A stretch of 50,272 bases of DNA from Oligoflexales bacterium (lineage in GTDB: Bacteria > Bdellovibrionota_B > Oligoflexia > Oligoflexales > CAIYRB01), in the NCBI GenBank assembly GCA_041736175.1, contig JBGSUI010000134.1:1-50272 (forward strand), read 5' to 3'. The notes under the pieces were generated by a model that was not told the DNA's origin, did no database searches, and saw only the letters and a list, made by a program, of their open reading frames with translations. Both the position numbers and the translations under genes were made by a program. Below, in pieces: positions 35,735 through 45,569 of the stretch. The stretch's first letter is position 1, and every line of letters starts with the position of its first letter.

Positions 35735-38302
35735 TTGCCGTGCTTTAACTTTTTGCCCCATTGGGAGATGATCCACTTGAAGACATCACCGAAAAAAAGC
35801 GATCCCACCGTTAGGACCGCAGTCCAAATCCTGCTAAGCTTTCTCGTCCTCAGCTGCGCTCCCCTCAAGACCCACCGCATCGACCAGAGATCTTCGGAGG
35901 TCGATGTGGTTTACGATCAAAAACTCAAAGATCTATGGACTAAAAATCCCCACCCCGACTCCCATAGGATGACGATCGCGCTGACGGATAGCCCGGCAAC
36001 GACCAATGCCCTTAAGATCCTTGAGGAGAACTGTTTTGGCTGCCACGGGGCCAACGGGGTCGCCCTAGGGGGTCTCTCGAACATCACCGATAAAAATCTC
36101 CTAATAAACTCAGGAATGATTATCCCCGGACAACCCGACCAGTCTCCACTCCTTCGTCGTCTCTCGGACCAAGGGAACCCCATGCCTCCCCGTCCCGCAC
36201 CTCCCTTAAGCAACCAACAAATCCAGGCTCTGCGCAACTGGGTGGTGGCTCTTGCATCAACGCCTCCACCAGCTCCGACGTCACCCAATCCGTCACTACC
36301 TACACCACCTTCAACACCTATAACACCAGCACCCCCTGCTCCAGCTACGGCCCCATCCACTGTCTCCGCAGATGCGATTCAAATCCTTAAACAAGAATGT
36401 GGTTCCTGCCATGGTCCCGGTGGACTGGGCCTCGGGGGTCTAACCACCATTACCGATGCCACTTATCTTATCATCAACGGCCATATCAAGCCTGGCAATC
36501 CGGCGCAGTCGCGGTTAATCATCCGCTCCAAGGATACGGTGAATCCTATGCCGCCTGCTCCTGCTGCCCATCTCACCGCAGTCCAAATCAAGATCCTCGA
36601 AGACTGGGTTCTTTCCCTAGGCTCACCAGCGCCGCAACCAGCGGCGACGTTATCGGCGACCCAGATCCTGCAGCAGCGTTGCTACTCCTGCCACGGTGCT
36701 GGTGGGACCACTTCGGGTGGAATCGCCGACATCACTAACAAACAATATCTCATTGATACCGGTAGACTCGTCCCAGGTAAACCCGACGCCTCGCCTATCT
36801 ATCTACGGGCCAACAACGCCACAAAACCAATGCCTCCTCCCCCTGGAGCCCGCCTCTCGTCCCAAGAGCTAACGACACTCAAGGACTGGATTACCCAGCT
36901 TAAGCGCTCTCCTGCAACGACGCCCCCCGTTACCAATATCCGTAAGTTTATAACCCTGAGCGAAGAATTCCAATCCGTACTCAGCGATCTCAGAAAGCTG
37001 GAATCCCTTAACCGCAACGACGCACGCAACGCCCGCTACCTCTCGATGGTGCCCCTCGCCAACGCAGGACAGTCCGATATAAAGCTTAAGGAACACGCTA
37101 ACGCCCTGTCACGGACCTTAAACCACCTGTCCTACCGCTCCCAGATCACCAAACCGGTACCTATTAACAGCGACCAGACGATCTTTCGGATCAACCTTCG
37201 GGACTACAACTGGTCAGCAGACGACTGGAATCAGATCACCCGCAATTATCCCTACCGCGAACTCTTTCCCGATAGAGACGTAAGGCGGCAGTTCCAACAG
37301 ATCACAGGTGAAACCTCGACGTTGGTAAGAGCTGACTGGTTTGCCCTCCATGCCACCCAACCCGAGTTTTACAATCTCCTGCTCAATATGCCCAAAAATC
37401 TCGATGGAGCCGAAAAAATCTTTCGGTTTGACCTCTTTGGCAATATCTCCCGAGAAGCCCAAGGCTCAGGCCAGGGGACCGTGATGCGAGCGGGATTCCT
37501 TAAATCTGGAGTGGCCCTTAGCAACCGCGTGATCGAAAGACACCAAATAAACAACGGGGCTTTTTGGATCTCCTATGACTTTCAAAAGATCGAACTGATC
37601 GCCAACAAGGACCAGTCGGTCCGCAAATCCAATATCTTTGCCGCCCCCCTCGGACCTAAGATCGCCGGTCGAAACCCCATCCGCGGCTCAGGAGAGTTTG
37701 GGTTTGAACACACCGCTGGTGAAGTGATCTCCACCCTGCCTAATGGACTCTTTTGGTTTCTCCTCGTCAACAACCAGGGCAATCGCGTCGATATAGCCCC
37801 CACCAATATCGTGGCCGATCCCACCAGGCCCGAAGGAATCATCAATGGACATTCCTGCATGAACTGTCATGCCAAGGGACTCCTCCCTAAAAAAGACGAG
37901 ATCCGCGCCAATATCGACCGCATGACTGGTCTGAGCCGGGACCAGCGGATTCAAATCCAAAATCTTTATCCCCCATCTGATGTGTTGTCGAATGCTATGG
38001 CCCGTGACAACAATCGCTACCGAACCGCCATCACCGCAGCGAGCCTCCACCCGACTCTCGCCTCCCCGTCGATCCTCAGTCTGGCAGAAAGCTACGAGGG
38101 ATTTGTCACCGCAGCTGCTGCCGCTGCCGAGCTAGGGCTGACGCCCGCAGCCTTTAAAAACCTTGTCGAAGAAAGGGTCTCCCGAGACATCCAAAACCAA
38201 CTCAGCCCCCTCTTGGCCGAAGGTGGTTTAGTACCCCGGCAACTCTACGAGCCTGTGATCGACGATCTTCTGAGTGAGATTATCTTTGGGCGTCGTCGTT
38301 AG
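35735..38302 (+). CDS. Four-heme c-type cytochrome lipoprotein: three tandem planctomycete-cytochrome-C-like domains plus a large C-terminal mono-heme domain
   Basis: CFGCH, CGSCH and CYSCH, each followed by PG.P..S and MPP; CMNCH in the C-terminal domain; lipobox VLSC. Confidence 0.88.
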   Translation: MPCFNFLPHWEMIHLKTSPKKSDPTVRTAVQILLSFLVLSCAPLKTHRIDQRSSEVDVVYDQKLKDLWTKNPHPDSHRMTIALTDSPATTNALKILEENCFGCHGANGVALGGLSNITDKNLLINSGMIIPGQPDQSPLLRRLSDQGNPMPPRPAPPLSNQQIQALRNWVVALASTPPPAPTSPNPSLPTPPSTPITPAPPAPATAPSTVSADAIQILKQECGSCHGPGGLGLGGLTTITDATYLIINGHIKPGNPAQSRLIIRSKDTVNPMPPAPAAHLTAVQIKILEDWVLSLGSPAPQPAATLSATQILQQRCYSCHGAGGTTSGGIADITNKQYLIDTGRLVPGKPDASPIYLRANNATKPMPPPPGARLSSQELTTLKDWITQLKRSPATTPPVTNIRKFITLSEEFQSVLSDLRKLESLNRNDARNARYLSMVPLANAGQSDIKLKEHANALSRTLNHLSYRSQITKPVPINSDQTIFRINLRDYNWSADDWNQITRNYPYRELFPDRDVRRQFQQITGETSTLVRADWFALHATQPEFYNLLLNMPKNLDGAEKIFRFDLFGNISREAQGSGQGTVMRAGFLKSGVALSNRVIERHQINNGAFWISYDFQKIELIANKDQSVRKSNIFAAPLGPKIAGRNPIRGSGEFGFEHTAGEVISTLPNGLFWFLLVNNQGNRVDIAPTNIVADPTRPEGIINGHSCMNCHAKGLLPKKDEIRANIDRMTGLSRDQRIQIQNLYPPSDVLSNAMARDNNRYRTAITAASLHPTLASPSILSLAESYEGFVTAAAAAAELGLTPAAFKNLVEERVSRDIQNQLSPLLAEGGLVPRQLYEPVIDDLLSEIIFGRRR

Positions 38303-38413
38303 CAGATCTAAACCAGATGCATTGTTCCAAGATTGGCAGCCTAGGTCTGGCCTCGGGCTTTGGAAAGCGTAGTATGATTTTAGTAACGGGGGGGCAACCA
38401 ATATTTTGTAGAA

Positions 38414-38455
38414 TTGTACACCTATATGGTTTACCCTCCTCTCCAGTAAGGAGGG
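38414..38455 (+). promoter_or_regulatory. Operator-like inverted repeat and RBS-sequestering hairpin upstream of the HTH gene
   Basis: GTACACC-TATAT-GGTTTAC (38416-38434); CCCTCCT-N8-AGGAGGG (38434-38455) directly before GTG 38459. Confidence 0.5.
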
Positions 38456-38458
38456 ACC

Positions 38459-38791
38459 GTGGCCATTCGCAGAAGTGAACGTAACAAATCTAATGTTGAA
38501 GCTAATGAGTTTCTAGATGGTCTGATTGGAAAGCTAACGATTGCAAAGGTGATCGTAGCGACACGAAAAGCAAATGAACTGAGCCAGAAAGCTTTTGCTG
38601 CAAAGCTCGGCATTTCTAAGCAACACCTTTGCGACATAGAAAAGGGTCGCAAGGTATTGAGTCCAGCTCGTGCTTGGGCATGGGCGAAAAAACTTGGATA
38701 TCATCCTAAACAATGGGCTGAACTTGCATTGCAAGACATGCTGGAAAAAGACGGTCTAAAAGGTGTAACAGTCCGTTTAGATGTGGCGTAA
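38459..38791 (+). CDS. XRE-family HTH protein, HigA-like antitoxin without adjacent toxin
   Basis: LSQKAFAAKLGISKQHLCDIEKGRK..SP.RA...AKKLGY. Confidence 0.85.
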   Translation: MAIRRSERNKSNVEANEFLDGLIGKLTIAKVIVATRKANELSQKAFAAKLGISKQHLCDIEKGRKVLSPARAWAWAKKLGYHPKQWAELALQDMLEKDGLKGVTVRLDVA

Positions 38792-38901
38792 GACAGCCTT
38801 TTTTTTGCCGAGGTTGGCGCACAAATTTATTGAGCAGGGATTCGCAGCGCGAGTCATGAATAGTTAGAAATCCCTGTTGTTGCAGGGACCTCTAAATTGG
38901 T

Positions 38902-39690
38902 CTAACGGGACGTTTCTGGATAAAGTGATTGCAAAGTTGCAATATCACCTGGGCTAAGGGTCATCGGGATCGAATAGTTCTGCGAACGAGCTTTACAGTA
39001 GTTCATGATGGAGTCTGCATCATAAGGACCGACAGGCACACCGGGGACAACCCTTGAAAGGAGCGAAACTGGACATAGGCTATCGGAACGTCCCTGCTCA
39101 TGCATAAGGCCTAGGACGTGACCCATCTCGTGGATTGCTATGGCATGGCCCATGTTTATGAGAGCATCTGGTGTAAGGTTTGCAGCCATTTTTGCTAACC
39201 CTGGTGCTATATCTTTCAAGGTTGGATTTAGGATCATACCATTTGACAAACCACTCACCGCCGTTCCGAGGGCCCGGACCCGCGGATGCCCTGCTCCTGA
39301 ACCTCCGAACAGCCTGCTAAATATATTGCCACCGTTCTGACTGCGGTCTCCATCATAGATCTGAATATGAAGTCCTGGCTCAGATGGCTTACATGCATCC
39401 CATCCCTCAAAATGAATCGTCGAAATAGGAGCGTATGCTTTTTCAATCGTGGCAACGATATCTCCTCGCCAATCAGCATTTTCCGGGGTGGGATTCTCCC
39501 AGCAAACCGGCACAACGCCTCCCGGCCAAACCTTTGACATTGGCACCGTATAACCCTGAACCTGAGATTCTGGAGCAACAGAACCACAGGACTGCACAGT
39601 GGCCATCACTGCAATCATTAGGGGTAACTTGCACCATGACATTGCCTGACGCCCATTTAATTGCGTCTTCTTCAAGATAAATCCAAACAT
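38902..39690 (-). CDS. Zinc metalloprotease (metzincin, M12A/M57-like) lipoprotein
   Basis: HEMGHVLGLMHEQ.R.D zinc motif, Met-turn YD..SIMNYC, LS.GDI; lipobox VQSC. Confidence 0.9.
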   Translation of the reverse strand: MFGFILKKTQLNGRQAMSWCKLPLMIAVMATVQSCGSVAPESQVQGYTVPMSKVWPGGVVPVCWENPTPENADWRGDIVATIEKAYAPISTIHFEGWDACKPSEPGLHIQIYDGDRSQNGGNIFSRLFGGSGAGHPRVRALGTAVSGLSNGMILNPTLKDIAPGLAKMAANLTPDALINMGHAIAIHEMGHVLGLMHEQGRSDSLCPVSLLSRVVPGVPVGPYDADSIMNYCKARSQNYSIPMTLSPGDIATLQSLYPETSR

Positions 39691-40126
39691 GGAATGTCTC
39701 CTTTAGTGTTTAACTGACAATTTCATTAAAGCGTTCGTACCAAGTCCATAAATATGTTTCTATCGCGCAAAGAGCGCTTTCATTGCTTCCTAAACCAAAA
39801 AAGATCGTAAGTCAAAATTATTTAGATTTTTGCTGATCCTTTAATTTGAAATTTTTTGTATATGCAAACATGCACGATCTCCTTATTGCTGCAAATACAA
39901 TACTCTGTTATTATTAACTTTATAATGATTTTCAAATTTCCAGAAATCTCGCCAACTGGAGTGATCTGATTGCGTGAAGTGACTTTTTTTAAATCTATTT
40001 ATTTTTGTAGATATTTTTTGCGTCACAACAATATCTTGTTTTATACATACTTTCCAAAACCTACTTCAAATGATATATTTTTGTTGAGGTATTTCCTGGC
40101 ATTTTGCCAAAGATTGGAGTCACTTT

Positions 40127-40813
40127 ATGTCCCAGCCAAGTCCAATACCGGCGAAACGCGCCTATCAGTTGAACCTATCTGACGAAGAAATTGAGAGGTC
40201 CCTTGGCAAACCGGGTGCCGGCATACCTTTACCCGCGCGTCTAGCCATACGCTACTTGCTTAAGCCTTTAGTCATCAGAAAGGTCCCGTGGCAAACCTGC
40301 GCCGTTTTAGCAGACAAAGCCAGCGGCAAATTTCTTGCGGAGCTAGACCGTGTGCCGCCAGATTTAGCAATCAAACGAGTGCTGGTTCCTAAACAAGCTG
40401 GACTTGAAGATAGCTCACGGTATTGGTCAGCGGCTATGACTGCTCGCCACTTGGTGATCGTTGGTGAGAATATAGAAAAAATCATCCTTTCTCTGTCCCA
40501 TGGTCAAAGGTTTCCCGTAGTCGCTGATACAGCAAAGGTTAAACCAGAAGTGGAAAAAAATGACATCGACGCTCTTAAGGTCTACGCCGTATTTGCCCAA
40601 AGTGTCGTCAAGCGGATTGAAGCCTCTGTAGGCGATCGCAATGCTCCCCTGACCCACGATCATCCTTGGTTCGGGCCCATGACGGCCAAAGATTGGTTTT
40701 GGCTCCTCGGCCGCCATACGAACATTCACACACTACAGCTAAAAAATATCATCGGATCTTTGGGCGTCCCCGCTCATGACTATGCAGCATCGCTTTCAAA
40801 TTCCACCCGGTAA
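40127..40813 (+). CDS. DinB-like four-helix-bundle protein
   Basis: WS..M...HL, H.HPWFGPM....W......H...H..Q motifs. Confidence 0.8.
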   Translation: MSQPSPIPAKRAYQLNLSDEEIERSLGKPGAGIPLPARLAIRYLLKPLVIRKVPWQTCAVLADKASGKFLAELDRVPPDLAIKRVLVPKQAGLEDSSRYWSAAMTARHLVIVGENIEKIILSLSHGQRFPVVADTAKVKPEVEKNDIDALKVYAVFAQSVVKRIEASVGDRNAPLTHDHPWFGPMTAKDWFWLLGRHTNIHTLQLKNIIGSLGVPAHDYAASLSNSTR

Positions 40814-41202
40814 GTGGTGCTGGGCATATGGATCACAATGGCGTTGTAATCAAAGGCAAGCCTAGGAGCCATAGTTTTCCGTCCATCACCAATTTTTTCC
40901 AACTTTATAAAGCCATGCCCCTCTAAAACCCTGCAGTCACGGAGGACATTTTGAGTTGTCCGGCCCAAGATTTTCGCAAGTTTATAGATCGATTGAGGTT
41001 TATGCTTATAGATTGTTGCTAGAATCGCGTATTTTTGATCACTCATAACCTGCTGATATGCCCCAACTGTGGCAAAACGGAGTTCGTTTAGAGGCTGAGT
41101 CTGAGGATGACCCGTTTGGATTGCCTTCTTTAGTTTTTTTTCGGCGCGTTTCATAAAATCATCGAAGGATTCGAAAACGATATTAAGGGGTTTGATTTTC
41201 AT
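40780..41202 (-). CDS. HVO_A0114-like winged-HTH putative antitoxin
   Basis: P.SIY.LAK.LGR..QNV..D...L...GFI.L....GR....P.L.FDY; ATGA overlap with the upstream gene. Confidence 0.8.
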   Translation of the reverse strand: MKIKPLNIVFESFDDFMKRAEKKLKKAIQTGHPQTQPLNELRFATVGAYQQVMSDQKYAILATIYKHKPQSIYKLAKILGRTTQNVLRDCRVLEGHGFIKLEKIGDGRKTMAPRLAFDYNAIVIHMPSTTYRVEFESDAA

Positions 41203-41504
41203 TCCGCCAAAACCTCCACAACATAACGCTGAAACTCGCTCAGAGCTTCAAGATAATCGGTGGTCGCCAAAGGTAACCTATGAGTTTTATCAGCTGGTAA
41301 GCGCGTATGAACGTGAAAGCCGTACGGCGAATGATTATCAACCAAAATTCGAGGTTTACTTTTAATAACATCTATCAACACATATCTCACTTTGACACCC
41401 TCGGGGTATCTACCACTCGGTTTAACCTTATAGGCCCTCAACTCCACACGGAAACGTTCAGACAACGTCAGGTCCTCATCAATTAACACTACGATATCTG
41501 CCAT
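41199..41504 (-). CDS. DUF6516 (TumE-like) putative toxin
   Basis: YPEGVK.RY.L.......I..DNH.P.G.H.H motif; translationally coupled to the HTH gene. Confidence 0.75.
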   Translation of the reverse strand: MADIVVLIDEDLTLSERFRVELRAYKVKPSGRYPEGVKVRYVLIDVIKSKPRILVDNHSPYGFHVHTRLPADKTHRLPLATTDYLEALSEFQRYVVEVLAE

Positions 41505-41522
41505 TTTAAATCCTATCAGACA

Positions 41523-41545
41523 ATAGTGCTCAAATCAAGCACTAT
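41523..41545 (-). promoter_or_regulatory. Inverted repeat, probable toxin-antitoxin operator
   Basis: ATAGTGCT-N7-AGCACTAT about 20 bp upstream of the toxin start. Confidence 0.55.
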
Positions 41546-41621
41546 CGTACCAATGGGTATCATTAAAAGCAAGATGGTTCGTCCCGGGACGAACGACCCC
41601 CAAGCAGATCCAAATTTTCAC

Positions 41622-41648
41622 AAAAAAAACGCCACCAGAAGGTGGCGT
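41622..41648 (-). terminator. Intrinsic terminator of the GH48 gene
   Basis: Minus strand ACGCCACC-TTCT-GGTGGCGT followed by a T-tract. Confidence 0.85.
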
Positions 41649-41680
41649 CAGTGGGGTGGACCTATCGGTCCCCGTGTTTT

Positions 41681-43855
41681 TTACCTTCCCTGATCCAACG
41701 CTGCATAGGCAAGGGCTGCTTCGACCTGAGCCCAAAAGCGGTGGTACCGGAAAGTGGGGGTTTCCCCGCGATTGACGGTCTCCATCACATATTGGAATCC
41801 GGGATCCTTGAGATACTGGGGCCTCAGACTGATAAAGGTCGACTGAGAATTAATGGCTGCACCACTGGGCATTTTACCGCTATAAGAATCCGGAATTGGG
41901 ACCAAATCATTAATTCGTTTATAGTCCGCCCTGGCCTCAGGGACGCTAAGGCCTTGGTCGTCACGATAGGCAGCCCAAAGCCTGTCCAATAGAGCCTCGC
42001 CAGTCTGGCGGGCACGGGGAGCGAGTGCCTTTTGGGGATTTGCCACCGCGTATTGGATCAAGGTTTTTGCTAAGGCTGAGGTGATTCCCACATCCTTGGT
42101 GGAGTCGAGAACTCTGACTTTAAGACGGGAGTTGCGAGGCTGCTCAAGACTCCCACCAAGTTTTTGACCTGCCCACGTCTCTGGCTGTCCTTCCCAGGCT
42201 AACGTTGCAGGAATCGAAAAATCTGGCCCCGTCCCTAAGGTCACCTGATCCAAAACCCAAGCCACCCAACGATCTAGGGTCGTCTCCACGGCAGGATCGT
42301 TGGTAAAGAGTTGGTACTCGGCAAGTCTTTGCACGGACCAGGCCTGCCACCCAAACCACGAATTAGAACCAGGATCGGCATAAACAGGATGTTCTTCATA
42401 GGAGAGGCCATAAAACTGGGCCCGTCCTGGCTCAGCCGCTTCGTAGGAACCACCTAGGCTGTTGGTCGCTCCCCCTGCAATGGCCCCGTCTGAGGATTGC
42501 AACCACTGGTAAAATTCTTTTTGTTTCTGGAGACTGCTCTTCCAAGCGGAGACTCCGGAAGGGGTCTTAGACGCCAGCGGTGGGAAGTTGCTCAAGGCTA
42601 AAGCTGTCACAGGATTTTGGTAACCAAAATGCACGTGACTGCCGCCAATGCGCCAGGACCACTGGCCATAGCTGCTGGGAGTGGCTCCTCCCCAGGCATA
42701 ATACCAGCCTAATAGATCGTGACGGCTGGACTGATCACTGCCAGGAGCGCATTGGGGAGACTGGCAACCGATCTCCTTAAAGTATTTGTCGTAGGTGGCA
42801 TAACGCAAAAAGTCCCCAAGCTTTTGTGATTTAAGAAGCACATTTTTAAATTTTGGATCGTTTATAAGATCTGGGTTATGACGGACCAAGCCATAGACCG
42901 CTTGAATCACCCTTGCGTCAGCATCAGGGGCGTTTGTATAGCGCCATTGGCGGCTATAGTCGTTAGGATCTAGCGTAAAAAGACTGAGGTACCCAGACCG
43001 CTCCGACCCAAAAGCAAACTCTTCGATGGAAGGATGGGGAACCGCTTCCCACACTGACTCTTGGACCCCCCGTTGGAAGGTGTTGATAAAAGTCGGCTGA
43101 CGCCCCTGACCAAACCCATACCAGTTGTCTACGTCGATCAACCAGTGCATCCCGTAGATTTCAGGACCATAGGCGTTGCGTAGCTCTTCTCCGATGGGGT
43201 CCCTTCCCACTTGGACATTGGGATCCAGACGCACGGGATACAAGGTGGGTTCCGGCTTTTCCGGAGCATAGGATGCTGGCTTATAGGCTTGGTAGCTTTG
43301 AATATTGGATTGAACCTTCGGGATCGCAAACCGCTCCATCACTTCAAAGGCATAATTGATGGTCGAAAGATCCCCGGTTTTTTCCGCAAACATCGCCTCT
43401 AACCAGATCCAGTAGCTAAAAGCCTCACTGGTGGTCAAATGCCCATAATCAGGCGCCTCCACCATAAAAGTCTCGATCGAATGATAGGGAATATCATTCT
43501 GACTAAAATACCCATTGGTCGGAGCATGGAGGTCGTACCATAGGGCATAAAATCGATCCATAGCCAGATTGCCAGTGGGGACTTCCAAGGTCCGACCATC
43601 GCTAAAGCTGATCTTAAACTGCTCCCGCGATCCCGAGACCACGGGTAGATCCCCTCCCACTTTAGGCCGTGATAGGTTTTTGGCCTCAAAACCAATCCCG
43701 CCTGAACCAAAATCAGTCGCAACAGCTCCGGGCTGGGCCATGGCTACATCCTGTAGACCTATAAACCCCGCTGAGAGCAACCCAATCGTGCTCAAAATTC
43801 CCAGGATTTTTCTCAAAATCATTTTCACCCCCATAGTGTGGCTTCTACAATTCAC
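41681..43855 (-). CDS. Glycoside hydrolase family 48 (processive cellulase family), secreted, no CBM or dockerin; start probably 43822-43834
   Basis: PYHS.ET...EAPDYGH.TTSEA.SY, MHWL.DVDN.YGFG, NTFQRG.QESVWE, W.YTNAPDADAR, HFGYQNP, IAGGATNS, WFG.QAWS, YHRFWAQ. Confidence 0.95.
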   Translation of the reverse strand: MNCRSHTMGVKMILRKILGILSTIGLLSAGFIGLQDVAMAQPGAVATDFGSGGIGFEAKNLSRPKVGGDLPVVSGSREQFKISFSDGRTLEVPTGNLAMDRFYALWYDLHAPTNGYFSQNDIPYHSIETFMVEAPDYGHLTTSEAFSYWIWLEAMFAEKTGDLSTINYAFEVMERFAIPKVQSNIQSYQAYKPASYAPEKPEPTLYPVRLDPNVQVGRDPIGEELRNAYGPEIYGMHWLIDVDNWYGFGQGRQPTFINTFQRGVQESVWEAVPHPSIEEFAFGSERSGYLSLFTLDPNDYSRQWRYTNAPDADARVIQAVYGLVRHNPDLINDPKFKNVLLKSQKLGDFLRYATYDKYFKEIGCQSPQCAPGSDQSSRHDLLGWYYAWGGATPSSYGQWSWRIGGSHVHFGYQNPVTALALSNFPPLASKTPSGVSAWKSSLQKQKEFYQWLQSSDGAIAGGATNSLGGSYEAAEPGRAQFYGLSYEEHPVYADPGSNSWFGWQAWSVQRLAEYQLFTNDPAVETTLDRWVAWVLDQVTLGTGPDFSIPATLAWEGQPETWAGQKLGGSLEQPRNSRLKVRVLDSTKDVGITSALAKTLIQYAVANPQKALAPRARQTGEALLDRLWAAYRDDQGLSVPEARADYKRINDLVPIPDSYSGKMPSGAAINSQSTFISLRPQYLKDPGFQYVMETVNRGETPTFRYHRFWAQVEAALAYAALDQGR

Positions 43856-44115
43856 CTAGCATCCAAAAATTTAGAAAACTCTATCGCTGTTTATAAACAT
43901 ATTGCCAGCATAATCCTACAATTTATTTTTCATTGTAAAAACCAAAGATGCTTCCCATCAGGCTATTTTAACAAACACAAAAGGTTCATTTTAGCTAAAA
44001 CTACAATTCCTGGTCTTTTGACCCAGAAGGACATTTTCCCATGGGCTTACTAAAGTCCTAAGTTTAATGTTCCGAACCCAATTCATGAAAAAACCAACGG
44101 CTTTGGAGAACGCCT

Positions 44116-45567
44116 ATGTCATCTGGTTCAGAAATCAAAAAGATGAGTTCGGATTTTGAAATTCGATCAGAACGGTTTAATCCAGAGCATATGGGCCCCC
44201 TCATCGCCAAAATTCAGGGCAAAGTCATCGAAGTTTCTAACGCATCAGATACGGGCTTTAGCTTTAGTGACCAAACACCTCTTTCTGAAGGAAGCGTCAT
44301 CGACGATCTCTCCATAAGCTATAAATTCGGCGAAGAGATCTATCGGGGTCCTGTAAAGATCGTCTGGCAAAAAAAAGTCGATCATGAAAGTTATTCCCAT
44401 GGCGTTTTTCTCATGTCAGGTCCTCTCAGCGAACATCTCCTTAACGCTATGAAGGCAGCATCTGCTATGAGACAGGAACTCATCTGCGAACGGGAGAATT
44501 TCTCGCTACTCCCTTCAGAATTTATCTTATGGGTCAGCGAAGTCAAATCTTTTCTAGCTGATCTTAAGTCCCGCGTAGATGCCATGGAAAATACGACCCA
44601 GATCCTCAGCAATCCGGGTACCCAGGCTTACTCCAAAGCAGTGGATGTGGTTTTAGCTCCTTATGTCGTTCCACTCCTGCTAGAATACGGCAAAAAACTG
44701 AATACCATCGTCGAACCTCTCAAAAACCAACCGACCTATAAGCTCGCAAAGATCTATTTTCGCAAAGAACTCCATAAGTTTTTTAGATGCGCACCCTTTG
44801 TGGAAAGAGCCTGGCTCAAACCATTGGGCTATGCCGGGGATTTCGAGATGATGAACCAGATCTATCGCAACAATACCGAAGGCAGCTCGTTTTTTGCGGG
44901 CCTGATGCACAAATGGGGAATCAATGAGCCTTCAAGTTGTTCGGTCAGGGCTCGTCGCCATTACTTTAAAAACCGCTTGATGAGCCTTTTACAACATCAA
45001 CCCAACCCAGACCCTGAAAAGGTCCTGCATATAGCCAGCATCGCCTGTGGACCTGCTAAAGAAATCATCGACCTTATTGAGGAGCTTTCGCCACAGGATA
45101 TCGGTCGATTTCATTTCTACCTTATCGATCAAGACAAAGATGCCTTGCTCAATGTCAAACGACATGTCACTGAATCAAGCCTCAAGCACAACACCAAACC
45201 TAAGATCAGCTATATTCCCTTGGCCGTCAGCCAAATCGTCGAAGGCGACCAGATCGCCGAGAGTCTTAAGAAAAAGAAATTTGATTTTATCTATTCAGTC
45301 GGTCTCTTTGACTATCTCAAACAGTCTTTTGCAAAACTCCTCCTATCCGATCTCCTCGAATGGATCAAACCCAACGGCCATCTTATCATTGGAAACTTCA
45401 ACTATAGCAACCCTTCCCATGCCATCGGCGATTTTGCTGGTGATTGGTCACTGGTCCTAAGATCCGAAAAAGAAATGGTCGATCTTGCAGAAAACGAATC
45501 CTTCCAAGAGATCAAGATCTTTAAAGACGATCTCGGAATAGAGTTATTCCTCGATATAAGAAAATAA
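44116..45567 (+). CDS. PhcB-like class I SAM-dependent methyltransferase with N-terminal PilZ-like barrel (putative autoinducer synthase)
   Basis: V..ASDTG.SF and IYRG...IVW N-domain; RA..KPLGYAGDFEMMNQIY, SIACGPAKEI, L.DQD..AL, FDFIYSVGLFDYL, G.LIIGNF, W.L..RS..EM. Confidence 0.8.
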   Translation: MSSGSEIKKMSSDFEIRSERFNPEHMGPLIAKIQGKVIEVSNASDTGFSFSDQTPLSEGSVIDDLSISYKFGEEIYRGPVKIVWQKKVDHESYSHGVFLMSGPLSEHLLNAMKAASAMRQELICERENFSLLPSEFILWVSEVKSFLADLKSRVDAMENTTQILSNPGTQAYSKAVDVVLAPYVVPLLLEYGKKLNTIVEPLKNQPTYKLAKIYFRKELHKFFRCAPFVERAWLKPLGYAGDFEMMNQIYRNNTEGSSFFAGLMHKWGINEPSSCSVRARRHYFKNRLMSLLQHQPNPDPEKVLHIASIACGPAKEIIDLIEELSPQDIGRFHFYLIDQDKDALLNVKRHVTESSLKHNTKPKISYIPLAVSQIVEGDQIAESLKKKKFDFIYSVGLFDYLKQSFAKLLLSDLLEWIKPNGHLIIGNFNYSNPSHAIGDFAGDWSLVLRSEKEMVDLAENESFQEIKIFKDDLGIELFLDIRK

Positions 45568-45569
45568 GA

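Noticed and set aside
39724..39745. sigma54 promoter for the metalloprotease
   Set aside because: TGGTAC is present on the minus strand but the -12 GC is missing.
39970..40182. 70-aa ORF in the AT-rich intergenic region
   Set aside because: Low-complexity F/Y-rich translation, no RBS, overlaps the DinB start; probably promoter DNA.
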